A DNA stretch of 64,000 bases, taken from NCBI GenBank assembly GCA_036172245.1, contig JAYWIR010000003.1, forward strand, positions 5,766,001 through 5,830,000, written 5' to 3'. The position numbers and the translations under genes were made by a program. The DNA comes from Raillietiella orientalis. Its lineage: Eukaryota. The notes under the pieces are model-generated. The model saw only the letters and a list, made by a program, of their open reading frames with translations, was not told the DNA's origin and did not search any database. Positions 26,652 to 38,520 of the stretch are shown here, one piece after another; within the stretch, counting starts at the first letter, position 1, and each line of letters opens with the position of its first letter.

Positions 26652-28144
26652 TCAGTTGAGGACGTAGTATTCTGAGTCATACTCGTTCATCAGGTTGGAC
26701 AGGAAGTTCAGTTCGGAGGTGCCGCTGCTACCGCTCTCCCCCTGGAAGTGGGCAGCGGGGGGTTCGTAGCCTTGGGAGCAGTGGTTTTCGCCGACGGGAG
26801 GCGCCTGCTGCTCCAGGTAGGAGGGAACTTCCTTCGGCGGCATCGCCAGGAGCCCGTTCCCGAAGACGCATTTCTCGCCGAAGCTCCTAGGGTGCTGCTG
26901 TTGCTCGCTCTTGGGAGGTCCGGGGAAGACGAACGCGTTCCTTCCGGGATCGAGCTCAGTCCCGTAGCGGTGATTCGCCGGGATGGGAGGGAACTTGGTC
27001 GCCGAGGCGGGGTAGAGGACGGATGCATCGCGCTTCTCGCCGCCGTAGCCTCCAGGCACCACCCATTCCCCGTAGGCGGCGGTGGTGGCAGCGGGTCCGC
27101 TGTAGCCTGTGGTGGGAGGGCGGCCGTCGATCACGAAGCTGGGCGCGCCGTGCTTCAAGTGAGGGTGGTGGAACAGCTCCGTGTCCCTCCGGGCTACCTG
27201 AGACTGGAAGCCCGGCGCCGGGAACGACGGGCTCACCTCAGAGACGGAGAACCGGACGTTCGGGTAGACGTAGGAGGACGGCGGGTCTCCGAAGTGGTCC
27301 GGAGGAGCAGGAGGCAGGCACTCCTTGCTACCGCCGACAAACGCCGTTGGGTACTTTCCTGCGGCCAGAAGCGCCTGCTGCTGGTGACGGACCTGGTCCT
27401 GCACGGCAGCGGCGTCCAGAGCAGGTTCTTTTCTCTGCTTCAAGACGGAGACGCCGTCGAACGGTCCGGGGTCTCCTGTAACTCCCTGCAGGAAGGAGGA
27501 TGGCTGCTCCTTTTTCCTGGAGGGAGCGTCTTTATCCAGCTTCGTAGAGTGCCCATCCCCAGGCACGGGTGGCTTCCTGAGGGCTGAGGCCGCCGGAGTT
27601 AGCGAAGGGGACGGTGGCGGAGACAGTCTCCCAGAGGAAGACGAGGACGTCCCAGCCAGGAGGGATCGGCAGAAGGACGGGCTGCACCTGCCGTCCTCTC
27701 CACCGAGCAGGAGAGGGCCGGAGACCTTCTTAGAAAGAGGAGGACAGTGGTCCTTGTAGCCGGAAACCTCCCCCGCCTCGGGCTGCTGTTGCTGCTGCTG
27801 CTCAGGCTTCTCCGCGACCTCCATGGTCAGGTCGGCCTTCCCGTAGTCGCTAGCGCTGCTGTGGGAGTTCTCACCCCCCGGGGTGGCCGGGTTCGTTCCG
27901 GAGGGCATCGAGGATCCCTCGTCGGCCTGCTTGGCCAGGCTCTGGCGCTTATGTTTCATTCTCCGGTTCTGGAACCACACTTTCACCTGCCTCTCGGTCA
28001 GGTCGAGAGAGGCCGCGATCTCGATGCGCCGGGGTCTGCAGAGGTACTTGTTGAAGTGGAACTCCTTCTCCAGCTCCAGCAGCTGCATGTTGGTGTATGC
28101 AGTCCGCAGCCTTCGAGGCAGCCCATTCTCTTGGGCGCCGGTCC
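26652..28144 (-). CDS. pb: proboscipedia (Hox2) coding exon 2: homeodomain and C-terminal region; spliced protein 604 aa
   Basis: Acceptor ctcttctttcag|GG ACC is phase-compatible with exon 1, giving ...[22 protein letters not shown]... Contains a Hox2 homeodomain, a short polyQ, and C-terminus [21 protein letters not shown] resembling the arthropod Pb tail (FNFLSNLANDF..EYYQL-like). TGA at 26652-26654. Alternative exon start at 28159. Confidence 0.96.
27939..28118 (-). other. pb: Homeobox (Hox paralog group 2), uninterrupted
   Basis: [60 protein letters not shown]; 60 contiguous codons matching the pb/Hox2 consensus except M11 and S60. Confidence 0.98.
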
Positions 28145-31100
28145 CTGAAAGAAGAGTCCCTGAGAGCCAGTCGAGAAGGGCAGCGGAGACAAAAGTGCGG
28201 CGCCGGACGAGTCCAAAGGGAGGGTGGGGGAAGCTTGCGGAAGGAACCCTGAGACAAGCTGTTCCTCTATGACGGGCCGGGAAAGAGGAAGATGTGGGAG
28301 GAGGAGGAAGAACAAGAAGCTCCGCAGCCCTTGCAGCAGGCGCGCGTCGGAGAGTCCCCGGATCTCGGAGAGCTCCAAGGGAAGGAAGCGGTCTTAGAGT
28401 GGGACACAGTTGCGGCGACAGGGTTCTTGAACCTTTCCCACTACTGAGCGGCGGTCTGTCCCCCTCGGGGAAGGAGGAACGCACGTGCCCTGTCGAGTTT
28501 TCTTCCCGCCTCGGGCTGAAGGCGCGCATTGACGCGTGACCGTAGGAGCCTTCCGCTTTCCTCGCCTCTCGTGGGAACACGGGGGAAGGGGGTGGGTTAG
28601 CCGCAACCTCCATCCCTCCTCGCGCTCCCTTCGTCCATGCGCGCCCGAGAGTGTGCAATAGCTGGTACTGCTGCTCGCGCAAGAGCGAATCTCTCCCGGA
28701 GTTTTGCTCCTTCGCTCTCCTCCTCCCCCGGGCCGAGAGCAGACGCTGGCATCGTCCAACCCCCCCCCCCCTTCCCAACCTTCTCTCGAGGGAACCGGCA
28801 GGCAGGGTACTTCCCACGCGGTCAGTCGCACCGGGAGGAGACGCCTCTTCGGACGACTTCCCAGAGCGGGAGCAGTAGGTGATCACGGAAGCTCCGCCTG
28901 AGCGCCATTCCTCCCTCCCCTCCTCCCCTTCCCTCGAAAGGGAGGGAACGCGAGGGAAATGCCACCTCCTCGCGGAGAAGTCACGCGTGCGCGTGCATGT
29001 GACGAGTGAATGATGTCCGTGTGCGGAGCCGCAGCGAAATCTCCTTGTACGCGGGACGCTACCCGGAGGCGCCGCAGGAGAGAGAGAGAGACGAAGGGAA
29101 CACAAAGGGGAAAGAGGAGGGAAGGAGAGGATGTGGAGAAGCTTCGAGATCGCTGCTTCGCTTCCACCTCCTTTGCGCCGTCTCGGATCCATCCCACTCC
29201 CAGGTGCCCTTTCTAAGAGGCTCGGATCACGCAGCTACTACATCCCGTTCCCCACCGGGAAAGAGATGAGGGAACGAGGATGGGTCCGACTTCTCAGGAC
29301 CTATTCGCGTCATGCAAGGCTGTCGTCAGCGCGCGATGGGCGGGCGGCGGGGCTGGGATACCGGCAAGGGCAGGGGAAAAGGGGTAGTCTGAGCGCCCGA
29401 GGGGCTCCAGGGCGAGGAAAGACGCCGGCCACTGCAGGTCTGCTTGCACCGCCGCCTCTTCCACGGGCGGGCCCGGGAGCGCGTGCGCGGCCAGCTGCTT
29501 CCTGCGCAGGGCTGGTGGGAAAGCTGAGTCACGTGACGCCCGCACCGGGAGAGAAAGAAAAGCTGGGGTCGCGCGTGCCCAATGTGTCGCTGGCAGAAGC
29601 ATCCCCGCGGGTCTCCAGAGGTAGCCGATTGGAGGATATTCCGTGATGGTGGCGTGCCGCTCGGCCTTCGGTGTGGGAAAGAGTGATCCAGGAATCGCCT
29701 CCTCATCCTGCCGCAGAAGCGTTGTCGTCGTGGAACAGTAGCTCCACGCGGCCGCTGCTCGGGAAAGTTCCTTCGGATCCCGGGAGGGAGGCTGCATCGA
29801 CTTTCTTGTGGATCATCGACTCTCTTCCTGCCTTACTCGCGACCTCCGGGGCGAGGACTGAGCTCCCGAGCGTGGCTCCGAGTGCGCGCGTGGGCAAGGA
29901 CAGATCCGAGGGTGTGACGTCAGCGCGGTGGTCTTCGCGAGCGACGCTTCCCGCAGATTCCCCTGCAAGCGGTAGGGAGCAGCACGCCGTTCAGCCCGCT
30001 CCTCCCCTCCTCTTCGTCCTTTAGGGTCTGTCCTTCCACCCTCTTTTTTCTTTGGGGTGCAAGGAGGAAATCGTCATGGAAAGCCTCCTCCTTCTCTTCG
30101 CCTCCTGCAGCCTCAGCCTTAACCGCCGGCGTCCGAGTTGCCGATGGGGGCGGAGGCAGCAGTGCGGCGTGCGTTCGCTCTCGCTACCGGCTGAAACCGT
30201 CCCGGGACCGACCTCTGTGAAAGAGCATCGGGAAAGGGACCAGGAAGGGGGCCACAAAGGGGTCTCTCCCCCTCCCCCCGCGGATCACCCCAGCGCGCTT
30301 GCACGTGCGCTTCCGACGTCGAGGGGCGTCTTCCAGCGAAGCAAGAGGGGGAGGAGCACGTGCTCCCCGCGCAGGGGCTGCTCCGTAATGGCCGGTTCGG
30401 GGTTGCAGAGACGTTCGGCCGAGGGGCCCGGCTGAGCACCCGCCGCGGGCGACAGTGACCCGCCGCGCCGACGACACACGTTTCTCGCATTTGCGACGGG
30501 TAATTGGTGGCTGGAGGGGACGAATCTGGAAGCCATGCGTGCGACCGTTCGCGCACTGAAAAGCAAAGCGGATGACTTTTTTGTCTTCCCCCTCCTCCGC
30601 AGCCGTCTCCTCCCCCGCCTACTCGTGGCTCCTTGCACGCTGTTCCTTTCGCGTGTATTTGCGCCTCTCTCCGGCACCGGGCGGCTTAGGCGCCCGTGGC
30701 GCAAGAGCAGCTGCAAAGAGCCTCTCCGAGACGACCGTGGCAGCACTGCCCTCGAATCGCCTCTTCCTGCCACCGAGAGAAGGGCCGGGGGAGGAGGAGG
30801 AAGGAAAAAGAAAGAAAAAGAAGGGAAAAAACGGGTCAAAGAGCACCCGCGCTCTCCTTGGACCGGCTTCGTGTCTCTCCGAGACGCTTTCCCGGAGAGA
30901 GCAAAGCAGATCGGCGACTTCTTGGGTCCACAGTAGGAAGCAGAGAGCAGGAGAGGAGAAGAACGGGGAAGAGGCACGACTGTGGTGTCGTCCGGAAAGA
31001 AAGTCTCTGCTGGGTGAGCTGCGTGCGAGAGGTGACGGTGCATGCTGCTGGAGCGACACGCTCAAGTCCACTCCGATCAAGAGCTGCTACTGTTCTCGGG

Positions 31101-33239
31101 GTTGCCGCGCGACGGAACTCCATTCTAGAGGGCGCTATCGCTCACGGGCGCGTGTCGACCCCGTCGCGCGTTTCTCTCCCCTCTTTCCTCCTCACGTCTT
31201 CGTTGGCCACCCTCTGCATCCAAGAGGAAACGTGCTCTTCCCTTGAACTCTTTTCCGACTCGCTTCTTTGTTTCGTATTTACTTTTTTTCCTGGATCCTC
31301 ACGGTGTGTGAACAGCGAGAGAGAATGTCGAGCTCCCCGTGCTGGGAGCCTAACTCAGCCCTACGAAGCCCCCTGGACTCCCACGGTTTGCGAACACGTG
31401 GTCTGCTGTTGTACGATACATTCACGCCGGTGACGCTCGTGCACCCATTGTAATTGCAAACTCCTACTTACGCCCGCGTGCTCTTGCTTGCACGCATGCG
31501 CTGGCACACACAGCTTCCGTGCACGTGTGTGTGCGTGAACCGGGTAGGGAAGTTATTCCCGTTCATCCAACACTATCCCCTTCATCATCCCTTCTTCTCC
31601 TCGGAAACGGTTGCCACGACAAGTTACCTCGCCTGCTTTTCGATGTTGGAAGTCGCTCAGCTGCCACCGTGCTCATGCAAGTGGACGCTCCTCGCCAGCC
31701 GAAGTCTTCAGCATGCGTCCCGAACACGTCCGTGGAAGCTCAGCGTTTCCATGGTGGGTGTGCAGCGTGAGAGAAAAGCAGGTGGCGAGGGAAGCTTCGG
31801 GAAGGTGGTGGAGCTAGTCCTCAACGTCCGTTCCATCTCGGTCCCGGGAGAAGTGACGACCCGACTCTTCCCAGGAAGTACTTTATCTCGAGGAAACGTC
31901 CTTCCTGGAGTTTCGGCTCTTCAGCCCGAATCAACGATGCTCTCGACAGTCTGCGATAGCAACCGGGACGTCCCTCTGATTTCGGGCGTCCGGATCTCTT
32001 CGAACTAATCTTGTATGTTGGATCCTCAGTGGCCGCAACACCAGCCGAGGTGCAAAGGAGGTGCTGCTGAGTTCTGAGTGCTTCTGCGTGCAAGAGCCAC
32101 CCGACCGTTAGGTCGACATCACTGAAACAAAGTCCAGTCCGGCCAACGCCTCTCATTCCGTTTTCTAGGCTTCTTCCCATTGCCGTGCGCGGCATCGATG
32201 CTCGGCCGACTTGCTGTTGCACCTGACCCTTAGAAGGAACTCGAGGGTCAGACTTGGTAGGTTCGGAGAGGGCTGCTGAAGCCTCGGTTTAGCATTAGTT
32301 CGAGGAACAGTTCGAGGTGGGCGAGATGTCGCTTTTCGACATGAACCTCGTCCTTTCTTCAGCTAAAGAAACAGATGAGGTCTCATGACAAGACTCCGTC
32401 TTGAGCCAGAGTACAAGAACTCTCAGCAGGGAACTCAAATGACCAGTGCAAACATCCGCCAAACCACTGAAAAGACCCGAACTCGAGATGAGTGCAGGCC
32501 AATGCATATCGGAAGGAATGAGTCATCATCACGTAATGGAAAGACCTGAGCAGCGCAAACACAGTGGTTCTTGCGGTTCGTGGGTGCAAGGAGAGGAGCT
32601 GTCTTTTTCGTCTCTCCGTGGTGAGAGGCAAAAAAGTTGCAGAGAGGATAACTCTGAATCCCATTCTCGCTCCTATTCTTGGGAAGAGATTCGATGAAGA
32701 ATGACGACGACAGACGCTCTGTGAGCATGCTCAATGTTTCTTTCATGAAAAAAAAAAAAACCGAAGATGAGGACCTCCACCTCTTAAGCTCCATCAGAAG
32801 CTCAGGTTCGACAAACTTAGCGAGCACTTGTCATGCTTAGGATCCGTTGTGACGATGCTCAAAATAGCTTTCTCCTTGGAGGATTCACTATTGGAGCATT
32901 CCGTCCCGAGAAACACGTAGGCATACAGGCAAGTCCTGTACGTCCACGTGATCTAATGAGAAAATGAACATAGTCATCTGTTCAGATATCATTCCAGAGG
33001 GGCCACGAGTTTCAACATCCCAGTACGATCACGGGTCTCACTGCTAGTCTGCACTTAGTGGGACCAAAATGCACCACCCCGAAGAGTGGGTTACTACTAT
33101 AATTAGCAGTCCTTTTTATGGTAAACTATTCACATCCCCCAAATAGAATCCCAAATCTGACACATCACGAGGTCGTTTAAAATCGGTTGGCCGAGAATCG
33201 ATACTGATTCTTGGTAGCCGTGCCATACAAAAGAGAGAT

Positions 33240-34870
33240 AGCGGGCCCTAAAATCCGATTCGTTTGAGCATCTGTAGCGAATATATTGTAATGTAATTAT
33301 TGTATGCTATATGCAAAGCAATTCGAAAAAGATCCTGGCTACGATCTTCCTTTCCCTTCCCGGATATTTTCCATATGTTTGCCTTTCTATTTACAAGAAC
33401 AACCGAAAAAGCGTCCCTATGCTGCATCCACCTGAGCACGAATGGACACTGGGCCTGAACCACCGAGATCGCGTCTCCAGGTTACCGACGAGTGGCGCGC
33501 CGTGATACATTTCATGCGGTGCCAATCATCAGAAAGTTGACGTAATCACACGCTGAGACTACCATAACAGGAACACGCTCTCCCGAAGAAAAAAAAATCC
33601 CCTGGTCCCAATGGCTCAATAGAAACTATGTGGTGCCTCGTGTACTATAAGAAAGGACTTGTGTCGTTGTCTTCCGGATGAGCGAGATGAGATCAACTTG
33701 TTGCTGTATCTCGAGTGCACCATCGTCGTGCCCAAGCGGATCTGATGACCCGGTCGATGTGCAACTATGAAAGAATAGATCTTTCCTCCTGAGGAGAGTA
33801 CGTCATCCGAAATGAACACACATTCACCACGTGCACACGGGCGATCACGCTGCACCTATCGCTCATCGCTCGGAATTCCAAAGGATTCTAGATAAAAAAG
33901 AAAACCTACCCGGCTTTCGAAAGTCCAGAGTTATTTCGCTCTGTGTGCGGACGGCAGGCTTTGGCTCCTCCGCAGCCCACGCAAGGCAACGTAGAGAATC
34001 GCGAGTCGAGGGGCACACAAAATTTAGAACTTTTCCATCAGTGGAGACTCCGACGGCACTGAGAAGAAGAACGCATCCAACCGACCAACGGAGGCCACCA
34101 ACGTGAATCCAAAGAAAGCAAATGCCACCGGGGAAATACCCGAAACCACCCAATTTGATTCACAAGATTTCGCGCGCGGGGGAGATCGGGGAGAGACGTG
34201 ACGTGGTCGCAGAGGAACGAACGAATCCATGTCACCTCTACTTCTCGGAAGGGCTGCTCTGGGGCTTCTAAAGGAGACGGAAATGCTTCCTATGACAGCG
34301 TTCCTGCTTCCCATTTCCTTTCCATTGTTTTCCCTGATCTTTGATGCCTTTGCATTTTCCGTACCCAACGCGTCGTAGAGGCGAAATTATGCATGACGAC
34401 CGTGTTAGGTTTCCGGGAAACCAATGACCGACCTGCCTAAGATCAAAGTGAGGGAATGGGCCAAGCGTGGTGCTGCTGCAAGTCTCCCGGGACTGTGTCT
34501 GAAACCAGAGTGCAGAATTCAGAAGAAAAAAAAAAAAAAAAAAAAAATGCACAATCCCCCTTATCTCAGCACTAACGCCTCCTCAACCCATCTTCTCCTA
34601 GCGAAGGAATTCTATTCAGATGCTTAGAGATTGGATTGAAGTTCAGGATCTTATCGACCAAGTGCGTTCGATAACGGAAAAGGAAAAGTGTTCTCGAAAG
34701 AGCAGAGATCGCCTGCTGCAAGCTGTCTCCCAGTTGGCAGAGGCTACAAAAGACCAGAGAATGGAGCCAGTGATGGTGCGGCCGCTTTTTTTCGTCACCG
34801 GGCACAAGCGCAAGGATAAGAGAACATCTGACCGAAATCTGTGGAGTGACCATCCAACGTAACCGCTTGC
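33240..34870 (+). mobile_element. Decayed RTE-clade LINE relic in the pb intron (antisense to pb)
   Basis: KSDSFEH (KAFDSVE), PYVCLSIYKNN..VPMLH...GLNHRDRVS (PYV..LE.IY...I.LH...GVRQGDTIS), TVLGFRET (VLTYG.ET), and RTE-type C-terminus IEVQDLIDQVR...KDQRM...KRKDKR...LWSD. Confidence 0.55.
34526..34547. repeat. A22 homopolymer (others: T23 at 38072-38094, A20 at 60869-60888, A-rich tract ~39742-39793)
   Basis: Read directly. Confidence 0.95.
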
Positions 34871-37329
34871 TCTCCTTAGCTGAAGATCGCCTCAAGAAGG
34901 CAGGGATTGCTATTCCGGGTTGCTTGTAGAGGAGAGTTCACTGCAGAGATCCTTGCTGCCTTGTGTTTTCTTCGTGATCCCCGGAGAGAGAGCCCACGTT
35001 TGGAGCGCACTAGGGTGAGTGCGAAGCCTCCGGGGCCTGCTCCGAAACACGACCGGGGCACCAAATCCACGTCAACGAAGCACGAACGCTCGGAAGGCGC
35101 AGCTGCCGGAGTCCAGGAACGATGCAATGACTCCTTAGGACCGCAAATTTCGGAGACGAAAACAGGGAAAGGTGGATTCTGAAAGGGAGGGGATTCACGG
35201 AGCCAACACCCCCTCAGAAACATGCGCCGGGGCACCGCAAGCCCACTTTCCTTTCCACGGAATGAAAGTATATTCCAGTAACCCCAATCATCCCGGATAG
35301 CTGCTTTACTTCATCTCATTTGCCGACATAATTTGCCCGTTGAGGGAGCGTAAAAAGAGGGTTTTTGGCTTCCCGCCCTACATGTTCTGCTTCCCTGAAT
35401 TTTCCGAAATGAAAATTCCGAGAAATTTTTCCGAGTGCCGCATCCAGTCACTCTGAATGCGTCGGGCCCAGCATATCCATCCCTCTGATCTCTGTCTCCG
35501 CCGGCACGGGTTAATTCTCTTAGAGTCGAAGATTGCTCTTATTAAGGGAGGCGAACAGCGGTGGGATCCGGTCGTGCACAAAGACTCCGCGCTGTTCCGG
35601 GAGAATGCAGACGGCACTATTCTTCTCCAGAAAGTCCACAAATGGCTGCCCCCATTTTCCTGCCACTTAATATCCACCAGCTCATTCCTGAAATTCCGAC
35701 GGCTCATTATACCACGACGGAGGTTCCAATTTGTATAATTGCGAACTCCCAAGTGTATGCTGCCACTTTAGGAACCGCTCACCGCGGGACAAGCCCTATT
35801 GTTTTGACGGTTCGCCACACGGGCTTGCACCTCCTAATTTGCATGACAGTATCTCCCTGACCGTTTGAAACTAAAAGCATCCTTTGGTCAGGAGAATGTC
35901 TGTGCGCATGTTGGCTGTAGGTTGCCGATAGCCTCCACCGGGATCCGGGATCCACAGGCGGTTTCCAAAGAAATCAACTGCATCAACCGCCGTCTCCCCC
36001 CCCCCCCCCCCCCTTTAGTAAAAGACGAAAGAAATACCCGCATACAGCATTCCCCTCCTGTCGTAAGGTCGCTACTGGCCTTCGGATGATGGAAATCCTT
36101 TTCGGTCTACGCAGTTCTTCAGGTTCTGACACGGTTCCACGCCACCCGAGGGTAGGTAGTCCTCAAGACAGGGGGTACCCCGGGAGGGTTCCGCTCCAGG
36201 AATCCAGAAAGCACTTCTTACTCCTGGGGAGGGAATGGTTGTCTCCGAAGGGGGATTCCGAAGGGAATCTCCTCCCTTATTCTCTCTCCGAAGAGACCCT
36301 TGGAGAAGTGCGCTCCGGTTTTTCTTCTCTGAAGAGAACCCGGAAGGTGACGCTTCCGAAATTCAGAAGGACACAGCTTCCCCGAAGGGATCGGCTCGCG
36401 TCTCTGCATTCCCTGGAGAGGCGGTGGCGACACACCTACTTCATCAGTCCGACGCGGAGCCCCCCTCCCCGAAATGGGGGGTCCGCTCCTTCACAACCGG
36501 AGGGGAGCTCCCACTCTTTGATTCCTGGAAGGACCCGGTGGTCGACTCCCATTTGTCCCGGCCCTCATCGGGGGGCATCCGGTTTTAACCGCTGCCAGCG
36601 CCGCAACTGGCTGAATGTAGGCCAACCAGCGTCATCTTGCGGGGTGAAGTCGGGACCCACGATGCATGGTGCCACGCGCGGAGACCACCGTAACCACACG
36701 GCCTCCGACGCGGGCATTCCCCTTTGGATTCGCAGGACATTCTTACACACGCACATTACATTCGTTTCCATTTCGTTTGCCGTGCCGAAGACGCAGGTAC
36801 GGCCTTGTTTCCCGACCGGAAATTCGCGGTCTTCAGGAGGTGCGCGCACAACCAGGCACCAGTCGAGGGGTTGTGCCAGCAGCGCACACAATGTGCACGG
36901 TCGGACACACCCTCGAGTTACCGAGTGTACTTTCTAGACTATGGGATGCGAGCAGACACAACCAGCTTCGCGAATTGGATGGTACAGCGGATAAGCAAAC
37001 GCCCTTCAAGTCCAATGGAGTCGGGCGGAAACACTTCGAGTCACTTCGAGCCATCTTTTCCAGAATGTACAAAGTTTCGCTCCTGTAAGCTTCCAGAAAA
37101 TTCAAGATCTCAGCTTTCAAACGAATTAGGTTTTTCTCTGGAGCATGCCTGTGGATGAAGATCTCCGCGCACGGGTTCCACGGATGGCTAATGATGCGTT
37201 CTGCAGCTGCAAACACGCTTTGCTCCAGACGTCAGTGTTTAGATCACACAAGCTTTCCAACACTTCTTTGCACGGTCTTTTGAGGAACCTTTCCTCCTCC
37301 CAATAGCAAAAACTCCAAATCTTCTGCTT

Positions 37330-38520
37330 TTCTAAAGCTCAAACTTGTGCGCCGGATCGCCGTGCTCAGAACATTCTGAACTTTCGTCTGTCTCTCTTGG
37401 TTTCAAGAGCTTGCAGCTCGAAGAGCAACCAGAGAGTATTGTCTTCGGCTGCTGTTTCCGCAAGGCGAAAGGCATCACCTGACTGTGTCGAGATGATGCG
37501 ATTTCCCTTGCGGAGATGCCATAGCCAGTGATTTCTCTTGGAAAACAACGCATGCGAGCCAGAAACCTCGAACGACCTGTTGAATAAAGCAACACCTCGA
37601 TACGATTCTTTTGTCTCCCCATAGTATCCGAGCCAAGACAACAGCGTTCTCATTTTCCCTAAGGATTCCCATGTTCTTTTTGGTCACCCCACCCCACCCC
37701 CCGTTCCCTCTCATAGAGATGCATCCGATGAATTACCTCGCAAAGTCTGTTCAGGACGGAACACCATCAAGCACAGAGCGTCACGTGCAAATCAGATGTT
37801 CCTCTTCAGTAAATTCTGTACCACTCTTCCCTCTCCTTGAGCACAGTTCTTACACACGAGTGCGACCAGTGATAACAAACGTGGAGATTTCGTCGCACTA
37901 TGATAATTTCGTTGCACTATGAGAAACGCGCAGGTTTCGTCGCACTCGTGTTTGCAATGCCAAAATACCTGAGGAGCGATTCTCGAGCTTACTTGTTCGC
38001 ACCTGACCTAACATCTGGCTTTTTGGGGAGAGTTCAGTTCTGACAGCACTCAGCAGATCACAATGCTCTTCTTTTTTTTTTTTTTTTTTTTTTTAGTTAT
38101 TCTTCTGCAAGAAGGCGGAAGATGGCCAAAAATCAAAAGAGCAAGTTCACGTCGCAGCAAGAGAGGTGCGGCGTGCCCTCTTTGCTGTCTCGCTCAGGCA
38201 GTCAAGGCTTACAGAGTTCGAGCCTCTTTGCTCCGATCCCAGTGCCTCAGCACTGGGATCGGTCACACACTGCTGAGACAGTTTGGCAGAGGTCAGAAGG
38301 GCTTCTTTTTCTTCTTCTTTTTTCTACCCTATCCCGGGAAGAACCTGAGTCTCGACAGTCTCGCTACTGATTTTCCACCTTTGGTGCGGTATGTGTTGTG
38401 CTGTCTGCAGAGAGTCCCATGTCGCGCAGCATTCTCTTAGACTAGCCGTTGGCTTTTGCACAGTGGGATCTAAAGTTGTCCAAATCGCGTACTCATTGGG
38501 ATAAGAAGGGATTCGGAAGA
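37330..38520 (-). mobile_element. Decayed RTE-like LINE relic in the pb intron (sense to pb)
   Basis: RMLRDMGL, LGYYGET, and ARMRCFPREITG (FEMRCLR.ILG) on the minus strand. Confidence 0.35.

Noticed and set aside
26748..27587. 279-aa plus-strand ORF (and the 251-aa ORF at 54375-55130)
   Set aside because: Antisense shadows of GC-rich pb coding sequence; no recognisable domain.
26652..29192. 846-aa ORF as the main Pb protein
   Set aside because: Its first ~350 aa lack Hox2 motifs; the conserved N-terminus and hexapeptide are in the exon at 54374-54695, which splices in phase. Kept only as a speculative isoform.
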